DNA from: Epiperipatus broadwayi
Taxonomy: Eukaryota; Animalia; Onychophora
Assembly: GCA_028023455.1 (NCBI GenBank)
Contig: JAQFVV010000004.1
Span: 9,610,001 to 9,674,000, forward strand
DNA length: 64,000 nucleotides
Direction of reading: 5' to 3'
Numbering within the stretch: position 1 is the first letter of the stretch; the number at the start of each line of letters is the position of its first letter. Below are positions 24,220 to 36,720 of the stretch, in pieces. Made by a program: the position numbers and the translations under genes. Under the pieces are notes generated by a model. That model saw only the letters and a program-made list of their open reading frames with translations. It searched no databases and was not told the origin of the DNA.

Positions 24220-24389
24220 TAAGAGAATATAATGTATAGTTGATTGCTCTAATTTTAAATTTTAATAAAGTAATTTTTTTTACTGATACTGTATTTTTTA
24301 TATTTGTGAGAAAAGTTGTTATTATTGGAAGGAAGTCAACTCATATATCATGTGACTTAATTTAATAATCTTAATTTAATGAACATGAT

Positions 24390-24590
24390 AATAGCTCTTA
24401 ACAAGCTTTTCTGAATATCCCTATCCTCAGACTGGTTTCTAGCTGTTGTGTGTCATCATTGAGGTACTAGAATATTCAGGCATTATATTAAAACTAATGC
24501 CTGAATATCTTAGCACCTCACTGATGACAATCAATAGCTAGAAATTGGTCTGAGAATAGGGATATTTGATAAAGCATAAGAGATATTAGC
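24390..24590. mobile_element. Foldback repeat with degenerate hammerhead in each arm; related single arm at about 29475-29560
   Basis: Right arm cctca CTGATGA (24521-24527) caatcaatagcta GAAA ttgg TC tgag. Left arm reverse complement cctca ATGATGA ... GAAA ccag TC tgagg. The 29480 copy begins with the same agctcttaacaagcttt...cctcagactggtttct. Confidence 0.75.
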
Positions 24591-26091
24591 ACACTCATTA
24601 TATAAAATAAGTTGTTATTGGTTTGAATATATCAGAAACAAATTATGAAAGTATTGAGTTAAAATTGAGCAATCAAATGATATTTTTTAACTTATGTGTA
24701 GTAACATTTGATGATATAAAGTTGACTTTTAACTGCATAATGCACAAAATTATTATTTTTCTTTTTTTTCTTAAAGTAATTTAGGATTATCATGATCATA
24801 TTTTACAATTATGATGATCTTATTTTTATGTAAGATAAAATAATGTTAATAAGAATTTTAATCCAAAATTGATTAATTGATCGAATGAATATATTTTACC
24901 TAATGTACACATTTCAAAATTTATTATTAATGCACTTTGTTAATGTATGTAATCAAAGTGTATTTTTGATTATGTATAGTACTGAATAAAACTGGCATTT
25001 TTTTTGCTTTTGTATTCTATTAGTGATGGAAATTTTTATTTTGTATATATCATAAACGAAATCATTGATTATCTTGCAAAGATACTAAATGAAATTTAGA
25101 TAAATGGATTAAGTAATAATTTACTAGGGCTGTAACCTTAGAAATAAGCGTCTGAAAAATACGAAGGTAGGGACCTCTATAGGTCTTAAAAACACAAGCT
25201 TAACTAAATTTTATTTATATAATCAAAACATAATATTGCATTCTATATAAGGACTGAAGTCTGTAATGTACATTTTAATGTGACTATCATTATATTATTT
25301 TCAAATGGTGTAGCTCTTACGAAGTCAGTATCCTATGATGCCATCACTCTTATAAAAAGGCTGCCATTTTAAAAAAAATTGCAGAATATTTTTTTTAAAT
25401 GTTTCTAAATTTTTTTAAAGATTGTTCATTATAAAAGTATAAGCTTTAACTCAGACTAAAATGTAATCATAAATATATAAAGCTTTCATAAATATATTTT
25501 TTAAACATCAGTATGTCCTTAGCGACTTTTGTCTATTATAAGTCATAGATATAGTATAGTAAATAACGGATTGCAAAATCCTCACAATAACGGAGCACTA
25601 TATTCTAGAGTAAAGATGTATTATGAGCTTTTATTCATATTTAAAAGTCTTTAAAATAAAAATTAAAACTGGAAACTATTAAAGATAAACATGAATATTT
25701 ATAAAATAAAATGTAACATGTTTGGAAAAAAGTTAATATAAAGCAACAACAATGATAGCAACATAAAGCTTGCAATATAATTGCTTAAAACTTTGTACAT
25801 ATAACTAATATTAACAAAAAAAATTAAGTAATATTTTGAACCATCACTATTTTATGTTTTCAAAATTTGCAATGAGCATTTTTATTGTTAATATGTACTT
25901 ATGAAGACTTATTCTTGCAAGATATAGGCAAACTTTTACATAAATACATTCAATATTTATCAATACTATTATTATTCTATGATATAAAAATTATAGAAGT
26001 TACTATTATGACAAAAAGAAAAATGATAATAAAAAAAATTACTGCAATATAAAATCAAAATATTTTAATACATAAATTCATATCAATTCAC

Positions 26092-26122
26092 CATGTTCTC
26101 TTCGTTGATTTTCTTTCTCGGA
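26092..26122 (-). CDS. 31 nt exon (SEKENQRREH in frame 0, or PRKKINEENM in frame 1)
   Basis: Acceptor cttgtttcacttcAG at 26123-26124, donor ATG|GTGAAT. Either open frame joins correctly to one open frame of the 22796-22846 exon. Confidence 0.55.
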
Positions 26123-27485
26123 CTGAAGTGAAACAAGTTCAGCAAATGAAATTGTTTTAAAAATAATCACTTGGATTAAGAGTTGTTGTTTTTTTTTTTT
26201 TGATATTTAAAATATTTGTATTTTCATCTTAACTTCATTAAAGAATATCTGTTTTATTTTAATATTATAAAAATATCTATCAATATTACAGACAACACTA
26301 AATGAAAACTAAATATAAACTTTTACATATTGTTTCTCACATTGTGTTGTAATTATAAAATATACATAAAATGTAAACTGTCTTTTAAATTAAATGTTTA
26401 AAAAATAATCAATAAATAATGTCATTAAAAATTAATAATACTTCAACTGTAAATTTGTCAGATTCTCAACTTTCTTAGCTATTAACAGGATAACTTTTTA
26501 TTTTATATACTGCAATGTCAAGTTACCTGTGGAGACAATAAAAAGATAAAACTAAATATATGTTTTGGTGCAGTGGTAGAGTGACAAATTATGCTTCTCG
26601 TGATATCTCTGCTATTTCAGTGTTTGAATTTCCATTTAATTATTATTATTCAAAATATAAGCTGAAAAGTTTGATAAATGAAGGATTGAATTTAAATTTA
26701 TATTGTGCAAGTTTAAAAATAATATTCACATTAGAAAAATATGTTTTGGAATGATATATGTATACATGCCTAATTTCACTAATATAGTATGTAAAATGTA
26801 CACAGTGAAAGACATTAACATAATGACATGAGGAATTTAGGAGTAAACTCTTTGCAAATCCAAAAACGAGTTAGCCTTTCTATTGTATCGAAAATGTTTA
26901 TTTATAATATGTGTTAAATTTCATCATATTTTAACTAAAAAATTAATCAACTAATATGAGTTTATAATTTGAGATAAGAAAATACTTTGTGTACTCATGT
27001 AATAAGCATACTAATGAATTTACCTACAAATTAATTAACAAATTGAATTCAATTCCACTTTTTTAATATTAAAAATGACCATAGAATCTGATTAAAAAAT
27101 AGTGAAATTGTAAGATATATATATTTTCTCTCACTTCATTTGTGCCATCTAGTGTAAGCTTTAGTAAACAATAGATGCCAGAATGTAGTGCTTATCAATT
27201 CCTATCCAGTATTGTCCTAGCCAACATTCCTGGACTAGTTTCTTGTTTACGGTCTGTTTTCAATGAGGAGGTTTTTTTATCTGGGAGAAGTGTATTTGAA
27301 ACTTTTGAATAGCCTAAATTGAAAAATATGTTAATGTTCCAATCCAAGCCAATTTGCTTGTAGGGTTATAATAAGCATTACCATCTGGCATCTATTGGTT
27401 GCTGAAGGCTTATATTACGTATCAAAAATTAGGTGAGAGAAAAAGAATTTGTTGCTGAACAGCATAATGAAAGCAAGATCATGTG

Positions 27486-28027
27486 ATAAGATATGATATG
27501 TTGGACTATTTCCATCATTGATGAGTGAATGTTGAATGTATAGAAAATTTTAAACTTTATTTAAACTTTCCAAATACAAACAACTTGTTAGTAATAACAC
27601 ACAAATAGACAATACAGGTTAGTAATGACACAACATTTTGAGTAGTAGTATTCTCTATTCTTCTTCAGGTGTTGCTGTCCTATATGCCCAGTGACAATAT
27701 TTACTTAAAAGTTGAACTCACACCTTTAGATTCTTGAATATCAAATTTAAGGCAAACGCTCTACCAATTCGATATTCAAGAATCTAAAGGTGTGAGTTCA
27801 ACTTCTAAGCAAATATTGTCACTGTGCATATAGGCCAGAAACACCTGAAGAAGAGTGGATAATAATACTACTCAAAACATTGTGTAATTACTAACATGTG
27901 TTGTCTATTTGTGTGCTATTACTAACAAGTTGTTTGTATTTGGAAAGTTTAAATAAAGTTTAAAATTTTCTACACATTCAGCATTCACTCATAACTGATG
28001 GAAATAGTCCAACATATCGCATCTTAT
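27486..28027. mobile_element. Family C foldback: 258 bp inverted arms with tRNA-like B-box and degenerate CTGAAGA hammerhead
   Basis: Arms 27486-27743 and 27770-28027. The right arm has gagttcaac, then acac CTGAAGA (27845-27851) ...actc AAAA catt gtgt. A homologue lies at 2140-2465. Confidence 0.8.
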
Positions 28028-28565
28028 AATATACCATCATTACAAACCTTCAGACAAGATCATGTGATATCTTATTGGATTTTTTTCCAGTCCTGGTTAA
28101 AAGATAATATATTTGATTTATAAAATTAGCCAGATTTGTAAAAAAATAATGATAATAAGTACATGAATGTTTTTTTTATTTATTAAAATTCAAAATTTAT
28201 TAAAACTAAATTATTATTTTTATTTTACCCTTTATGCAAAGAAAGAGAAATATGAGACATATTTGTCTGAAATAATAATAAGTAATTCGAAGTTGATTTT
28301 TTTTCCCAAGAGAAACAGCAAGGTAATAATCAAAAAAATATGACAAAACATACAGAAGTTTATTAGAAAATCAATTTTTTAAAAGGAAACTAATATATCA
28401 GTTTTTATTTTTATTTTTAAAAAATTGAAGCATATTATGAGTACAAAAAGAACAATTCTAAAATAAGAAATTGACAAAAATCAACAAGGAAGTATTTTAA
28501 CCAAAAATAAATTCTCCCACTGGCGTTTTCTTACTTTCAATTTTTATATATATTAAAATTGTTAC

Positions 28566-28650
28566 CTGCTACATTCACTACACGACACTTGTCTGTCACA
28601 AATGTATTGAATTGGCGAATATTAATATTTTTACAAATAAAAAGGAAGTT
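28566..28650 (-). CDS. 85 nt exon NFLFICKNINIRQFNTFVTDKCRVVNVA(x), product unknown
   Basis: Strong acceptor ttttatttttttcattttAG, donor CAG|GTAACA, only frame 0 open. Confidence 0.6.
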
Positions 28651-30236
28651 CTAAAATGAAAAAAATAAAAATTTAAAGAAAGTTATCACCTAGAGCTTTT
28701 TAAGGAAGAACCTTATATAAAGCTAATATAATTATAGAAAAAAATAACAACTGTTAATTCGTGTAAACATGCAGAATTATAAATATTTTAATTCAATCTA
28801 TTCGTATTAATAGAAAGACTCTACTTGATGATGTCTTGGATTACAGCTTCATTTTATCATTTCAGGTACTCGAATTATTATTATTTAAAAAACCTAAATA
28901 TTACGGTAATAAAATAAATTGTGTTAAGAGACAGAATGAAGTGCAAATTATTAGTTTAGATACCACATCATCATTTTGCTTAATTAATTCACTTGCCTAT
29001 AGAAAAATTATTGAAACATATATTTAACTGCTTTTTTTATCATTAGCTTTTATTTCTATCTGAATAAAACTCGTGATCACATTAAGTAAAATACATTAAT
29101 TATTCTAATTATGATACCAAAATTATTAATATGGGTCCTTATGAACAATCAAAATATTTAAAATTATATTTTAATGTTTTGACAGTATAATCAATTTAAT
29201 TTAATAAATAAACAATTGCATATTTATAATGAGATAATATTAATTCCAGAAAATATTAAAACCAAAACGTTAATAGTAAAACAATTTGGACTACATCAAA
29301 CAATTTCAGATCTGTAGGACAATTACAACATCAAGTCTTTATTTGGTATCTCATTTAAGGATTTGAAATATAATCAATTCTACCAATTGCCAATACATTT
29401 ATTATGTGTGTTACTCAATCATTGTTAAAATTTTTGTTTAACTTATTATTTATTATATATAGATCTCGCAAAATAAGCTCTTAACAAGCTTTGGGAATAT
29501 CCTCAACCTCAGACTGGTTTCTGTTTCTGGCATCGTCGGTGAGGTGTCAGGATATTCAAACAGGTCTGGGGTTGTGTTAAAAGCTTATTTTGCAAGCTCT
29601 ATATATAACATTTGTAAATACAATCATTATTAAATTAAGTCATGACATCTGATTTGATTTTTTATCAACTTATTAGTTGATACAATCCTTACCTAAATCT
29701 TCTCATTAATAGATTCAAATTGAATCTGGATCCCACATGTGTCTTGTATAATAAACATCCAGATGATATGATACACATTTTTCATACTTGTACATTCTTC
29801 TTACCAGAATGGCACTTTGTATGACAAAGCACATAATTGATTTAAAATTATTGCTTGAGAAAAATACTAAAAATTTTCAATTTTATAATGCCACAGCAAT
29901 TATTCATACTCTCAGAAACATATAGCTTGCTCACTGTTCTGTAATTTTTGATAACAAAAAATATTTACCTTCTTAAAAAAAATAATAAAGAGTGATATTG
30001 TACATATTTATGTGCTCTAAAATACTTGCCTTACTATGAGCAAAATTTTGGCAGAATGATATTTTTCTTAGTTGTACTTTACTTTAGAATGACATGAAGT
30101 ATATAAATTACATATCTACATAAAATGGCATCATTTTATGTTTTTTTTAAAAATAAATTTATTCTATAAATTATATTTGTTGATAAGATAATGTTGGAAT
30201 AATTATATTTGTAAAGTGCATACTCATTACGTAAAG

Positions 30237-30352
30237 TAATATTTATTAAGGCTATAACCTTAAGACTATGCACCTGAAAAAATGACAGTAGAGGTCTCTA
30301 CTGTCATTTTTTCAGATGCATAGTCTTAAGGTTATAGCCTTAATAAATATTA
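30237..30352. repeat. Near-perfect palindrome: 57 bp arms, 2 nt spacer, one mismatch
   Basis: taatatttattaaggctataaccttaagactatgcacctgaaaaaatgacagtagag-GT-reverse complement. A related single copy lies at about 25126-25185. Confidence 0.95.
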
Positions 30353-30369
30353 TTTGTTGGTAAGTTACA

Positions 30370-30750
30370 TTATAAATGTTCAGATTGATTTGCAGAATAT
30401 AGGTGCAGTGTGGACCATGTAGACTCTACAATGTATTTTGGGTTAATTAAATGATCTCTTTTCTTGATTTTGTTTATTGTTTTCATGAATATGTAGCCTT
30501 TAGGATCTTTTTCCTGCTCCATTACTATCTTGCACCTGAGACACCAAAGCGCATAATTGAAGAAAGTAGAAAGTCTAATTTGTGCAAGGACACCATGTTC
30601 CATACAACTTCTTATGGATAAGATGTTTGCATTTAGGTTCTTTGTCCAATTTGTAATTGATAGTCTGTTAATATTTAATCTGGTGCATCTCATGATGATA
30701 TGGTTAATTGATTCTTCTTTCTTCCCATATCGTTTTTCATTTGCTTTCAA
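30370..30750 (-). pseudogene. LINE (L1/Tx1-like) ORF2 C-terminal fragment
   Basis: The ORF has EESINHIIMRC (zf-RVT-like ExxxHxxxxC) and ALWCLRC, paralleling EETLSHLIYHC and AYWCTRC in the 40-41 kb LINE. Confidence 0.65.
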
Positions 30751-33549
30751 ATACTAATTGTAATAATTATGTTTTCATAAGTTATGCATCATATGCCATG
30801 CACTTTTTTTTTCCTGAATATATGGTTATATTTGTATATAATTTGCTATTAATAAAGTCTATTTTATTAAAAAAAAGGAAGTTTTAAAATTTATATATAA
30901 CAAAAAAAAAATCTTAAGTTATTTAATAAGTGAAGTTTAGGAATAACAGTATTAGGTTTAAAACCAATAACTAATCACTATAAGATAAAAGTTTTAATAA
31001 ATGACTTCAATTAAAAAATTTGTTACCATTCATTTGCATAAATGTGACCAATAAATAAAGTTGCACTTTTATAGTATATAGTTGAATATTAATTTGCAAG
31101 TTGAAGAAAACATCAAATTGACTTATTATCTTGCCATATTTTGAAAATATTACAGCAAAATATCTTTAAAATGAAATATTTTAAGTTTGTTCATGTTACT
31201 TTAATATAAAAAGTGGGTCGTATCAGTTTCATGTTATAAATTTTCCAACAGCACTATATATAACTAATTTTTTGTATATACAATGGAATATATTTTTTAA
31301 CTTGCCAGATATATCAAAAAAATATTGGAGTCTGTATTGAGTTTGGATTAAATCTCAAAGTCCAAATTTATCTTTCTACTTAAAAGATTTCCAAATATTA
31401 AAAGTTATTCCCATTTTAAAAAAACAATAAATACATCAAAAATTTGAATAGATCTTTTCTATCACCACTGACATACAAAGATTGTACTTTTTAAAACATT
31501 AATTATTTTAAACGAAGTTATTATTAGTTACATTAAAATATTACGAATATTCCGTAGAACATTCTTTGAATTAGCAAGTTAAGTCAAAAGCAGTATATTG
31601 AATGTTTAAAATGTTATGATTGCTTACAATTAAAAACATTATAATCAAATTATATCAATCATTGATGCTTGCACAATGAATTACCTATAAATTACTTCAA
31701 AAATAAACACAAAGTAGATGGTGACCCATTTTAATTTTAAATATCTCCCTTTTTCAAAAAGAATAGTAATGATGTTTTTATCCTATCACATAGAAACTAT
31801 ATTATATATATATAAAAACATTGGGGAGCAATCGGTAGATTTCAAACAATGTCAAAAATATTTTAATTAACATTTATCACAAACAAAATGATAATAACAT
31901 AACAAAAACAAACAAAACAACATGCAGATTTTATTTTCATAAAGATAAGTAAAATAAGTAATAAACTTTATCAGGTAAAAAAAATGTAATCTTATATATA
32001 ATATCTTTTAATGTCCATAACACATACTGTCACATGATATTCAAGTTAAACATTTCTTTGTTAGAGGGCGTATTTTTCAAGAAAAAAAAATATGTGTTCC
32101 ACCATTAATAAACAGTAAATGATTATATATATAAAATAATAAGTAATGCTGGCCTTTCAGGCCAGGTACATACCACAATGTCAAATTCACATATCAAATA
32201 TAAGGTATATTTAAAAATTTACATTTTAATTTAGAAGTTTAATTTGATTATGATAATTTTATTCAAAGCAAATAATTCTGTAAAGCAAAAAAAATTGTTA
32301 AAGCAACCAAAAATTATGGCCTTTGAAGTCAGCTATATTCATCACATTTATTTATGCAATATTAAAATCATTTGTTTAATTTACATTAAATCTTTAAAAA
32401 AATTTATTGAAGCAACCAATTAAAAAAATGATGGCCTTTTCAAAAACCAGGAACAACTGCTTTTCAGGCAGGCTAGGAAGAAATTCCAACATTAATAAAC
32501 CAATACAAAAAAGATGACCTTTGTACATTTATCACATTTATTTATATATTAAAATGTTTTATTTAATTTGCATTAAATCTTAAAAAAATTGTTCAACTAA
32601 TCAATTAAAAAACCCATGATCCTTATAAGCCAGATATATCTGGTATATATATAATGTAAGTCACCCTCCCAACACCATGTTTTTACAGCAATAATACCTT
32701 GTGAATTTCAATCAGCATGATTACCTTTTAATATATATATATGTGTGTGTGTGTAAAGAACTAAATAAGTTAATTATTTAAATATGTAATAATATTGAAT
32801 AATGTTAACTTATATGACTTCTTTTAAGTATTAATCTTTGATGGAAATCATCTAATGTAAATTGAACATATATATTCGTCAAAACCAATGTCCCCGACCC
32901 CTGGGAATTATTTGACATTCTGTCAAACATAGGAATGCCTAATCTATCTAAACAACATTCGGTTTTGGTATTAAAATTTGAATTTAAGTTTTACTTTTTA
33001 ACTAAAGATTTTTTAAATTGACTAATGTCTATGGGTTCTGTCTTATCTATTAATATGAAGTTAATATAAAAAAGGTTTTAGTTAAATTATCACTAAAGAT
33101 TATGTTCAAACTTAATACTAAATTTGTTGAAGTAAAATATGTATTACTGCATTTAATAAATTATCAAGTAGTTTCCAAGTTATTGATGACGTCAGTTATA
33201 ACAGAAACATATGTCTAGCTGGTTAACTGATTTTATATCAAATATTCCTGCTTAAAACATCATAAATTTTGTAGAAGGTGCAAGTTAACATTATTCAATA
33301 TTATATATATATATTATCAATTACTAATAATTGACAAACCCTGAGGACAAATCAGTTTTCTCATTCAACCTATAGTAACTCTTTTATTTTAATTTTTTGT
33401 TGAAGTAAAAGGATTCCATGGAAATATTTGATTATAAATATATGTAATAAAAGTAAATCAGTTACAAGTGGTTCTATCTTATAACTCTAAAAAAATTTTT
33501 ATTATCTGAGCACCTTTATTTTAATTTCTTCATTATACTAATTAGGTAT

Positions 33550-34930
33550 AAATATGGTACTTATGTATTAGACCTGCTATGCATTTTCATATCCATATTG
33601 TTCTTGCCCATAAATTTTTAACTATCCCATCAAATAAATCTTGCAAGGTCATCAAATAATGTGAACACTGGAACTTCTGATAAACTTAAATAATAAAATT
33701 GTAGACAGAAATAATAAAAACACATTACCACACTAAATAAAAATAGGTATTTAAGTTTTTGTTTTAGCATGGCAATTGAGGATAGAATAGTGGCAACTCT
33801 GATGAAAGTGATCAAACATAATGTGGAAGAGGGTTCTACAATTTATTCAGATTGCTGAAAATCATATAAAATTGAGGAACTATGATCTGTGGACTGAATA
33901 AAAATATTCTTTCTTTTCAATTCTGGGGAAATATTCAAAAATAAGTCCACCTCATTGATTCTGTTTTAATAAAATTTTACTAATTTTTTCCCTTAATAAA
34001 GCATATAAAACTGAAGAACTATGATCTTCTGGCTGCACAAAGAAGATGGTGTTGCAATCTGGATGATATTTAAAAAATCAGGACAATTCATTGATTCCAT
34101 TTTAATAAAGTTTAATTTTTTTTTTAATAAAACAAATGTAATTAGACATTTCTCAATCAAGATCTCATGCAGCTATTATATCACATAAACATGTGCTTTA
34201 ACTCTCCATTTGTTTAAAAATCTGCGCTAGACATAAGTTTTTTTTTTTGAGCCGTCCATTTTTTACTTTTCTGTCATAGATAATAAACATAATATTTTTT
34301 ATATTTTTTATTTGCTTTAATGTCCATTTTGTAGTTAATATACTTATTTAAGCAATTGAATAGATATAGTATTTTTTTTTTGCTTACATGGTATTATTTT
34401 TTGGTAATTTTGTTTTAGTTTCCATTTTTTAATTTCATGTTAGAGTTAATATAATTCGAATTTTTTTAATTTTAATTAAAATTTAAAAATTTCTGGCTGT
34501 GTTCAATGGAAGAATGTCATACCTTGATCAGGGGGAAGAATAGCTTTAATGGCATAAAGTACCATTTTAAAAACCCACAACTACCTGTTTTTATTTAGCA
34601 TCATCATCATTTATATTATGTTTGTGTATACATTTATATTTTTCACATTGGTAAAAATGTACTTTCTTAGATTTACTCTGGTGTGATTAATGTTACATAT
34701 TAGAGCTGCTATGTCTTTGGCCATAAATCTTGCAAAATGTCATAAAATAACATGTACACATAGTCTGTTTTGACAAATTTGTAACTTAGGTTTGTCAGAA
34801 GTTCCAGTGTACACATTATTTGATGACATCACAAGATTAGAAAGTTATCAACCGACTGATGTGGATGTGAAAAAGCACAGCAGATCTAATACATAAATAT
34901 CATAAATACTTGCTATGATAAATGTTTCTT
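33550..34930. repeat. Family D dispersed/foldback repeat copies (33550-33700 and 34690-34930) with a very degenerate hammerhead-like core
   Basis: tcagaagttccagtgt(a/t)cacattatttgatgac...cag(a/g)tctaatacataa is shared in opposite orientations. The 34.8 kb arm reads TTGATGA catc-acaa-gatta GAAA gtta TC. Confidence 0.6.
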
Positions 34931-36229
34931 ACCATATGTATATATGTTATAAATATCCTATGTAGATTTTTCTTTTGTCAAATAAAGGGATACAATATTA
35001 TATTGTTCTTGGTGATATATATTTGTATAAAGTTGTCAATTAAGCATATGCACAAGTGATCAAGTTGGACTATATTTCCATCTATTATTACAAACAGAAA
35101 ACATATACTATTTTTATTTACAGTCTATTTATAATCTTTCTTGTATGTTATAATAATAAAGTTAATATAAACACTATTGAAATGACTAAACATGGTTGAA
35201 ATTATATACTTTATTTATATAAAATAAGAGATGCAAATTAAACATAAAAATGTTGGAATTTTATGTTTTCTATTTTAAAAGAAATAGTCTCACTTTAATT
35301 AAAGTCGAATGAATGCTTTAATTAATTAATTAAAAATGTGGAATTGTTATTATCATTTCATCAGTGAAGTTATTGCGTATCAGAGATTTTATGAGTGTTT
35401 TTTCTTATGTACTCATAATATTTATGCTTTTTTTTTATTTTTATGCTAGTATAATTGTTGGTGATATTTAATCATTATCTTCTTTACCTATTTTTACATT
35501 TATTCAATTGCCATACAACCTTCTCTGCTTTACTAATAATTATTCTTTTACATTTTATATTTCTGATAAAAATATTAATATGATTTTATATATTTGATCT
35601 TCAAAAATAAATAAGAAAATTCGTAAATAAATGCATAAACACCACATGATCACCATAGCTGTGTGTGGCAATACGTATAGTGAGTTTTACCTGTTTTAAA
35701 TGCATAAATCTAATAATAAAACTAAGAAGCTTTAATAGAATTATAAATATGTCTTACAAATATAATAAGAAATCTTTAAAAATTGATACTTAGAATGCTA
35801 AATTGAATAATAATACTTTTTTACAGAAAAAAAAAATAATAGTAGTAGTAGTAGTAGTAGTTTTTGAAACATTATCTAAACATAAATAAAACAGTTGTCA
35901 CTTTAATTTTATATCTGAAGAAATTAAAAAAAGTGTAATAGCTCTTTAATTAGAAATGTTTTCATAAATATAATCATATAATAATACATATCTTATATTA
36001 ATTGAAAGTAAGACAATATTTGGAGATCAAATCTTTTTTATGATTTATATATGAAGGGTCCACTCTCAAGTTGTCTAAAACAATGCATGTGTTATATAGT
36101 GACATAGATTTATCTATTTGCCACTCAAATGTTAAGTCACTAGTATATGACATAAAATATAATATTGTGTTTCATATTTTCATAGACAATCCATAATGAA
36201 ATAACACATTAACATTAAATTTTGTTTTA

Positions 36230-36720
36230 AATTAGAAAAACTGCTACTAAAATATTTGAAATGACTCAGACTGAGAATGGAAGTGAAGCCATAAGATGTA
36301 AGAAAGTTCTCAAGTGTTTGCAGAATTTTGTAATGACAGAAAGAGAGTTTTAAAGATAATCTATGATCAGCCCAACAAAAACAGAGAAAACAAAAATGTG
36401 TAAAACATTGCCAAAATTCTTCTAACTGATTACTGGGTATTTATCAGATTCATTGAAGAGCTAACTAGAATTCTTAAAACTACTGCCTCTTACATTTAAA
36501 TGGAAGATTTAAGAAAGCAGAAGGTGATGCATGCAATTTGTGCCTTACTTATTGACAAGCAACCTAAAAGATGTCAAAGTGAAACATGCAGAGCATGTAA
36601 AGATAAACAACTATGAATGCAGATGCAAAATTTTTACTAAACACTATGACAGGAAATGAGACATTGCATTTCCAACATAAACCATCAATCAAACAATAGA
36701 GAAGGAAACCTAATAAATCA
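36230..36720 (+). pseudogene. Tc1/mariner transposase remnant
   Basis: Broken frames give QFVPYLLT, ETCRAC and MNADAKFLLNTMTGNETLHFQHKP, matching mariner ARFVPHLLT and IITGDETWxFxYDP motifs. Confidence 0.8.

Noticed and set aside
32881-32966. Short inverted ends aaaaccaatgt / acattcggtttt with an internal hairpin
   Set aside because: Too short and single-copy in the window to support a mobile-element call.
32340-34110. Degenerate local duplications (32340-32620, offset about 190; 33860-34110, offset about 140; also 50230-50610)
   Set aside because: Ordinary AT-rich tandem duplications with no motif or coding signal.
34788-34897. Apparent plus-strand last exon GLSEVPVYTLFDDITRLESY...HSRSNT*
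   Set aside because: It lies in the arm of a foldback repeat, and its homologue at 33.6 kb has stops and indels.
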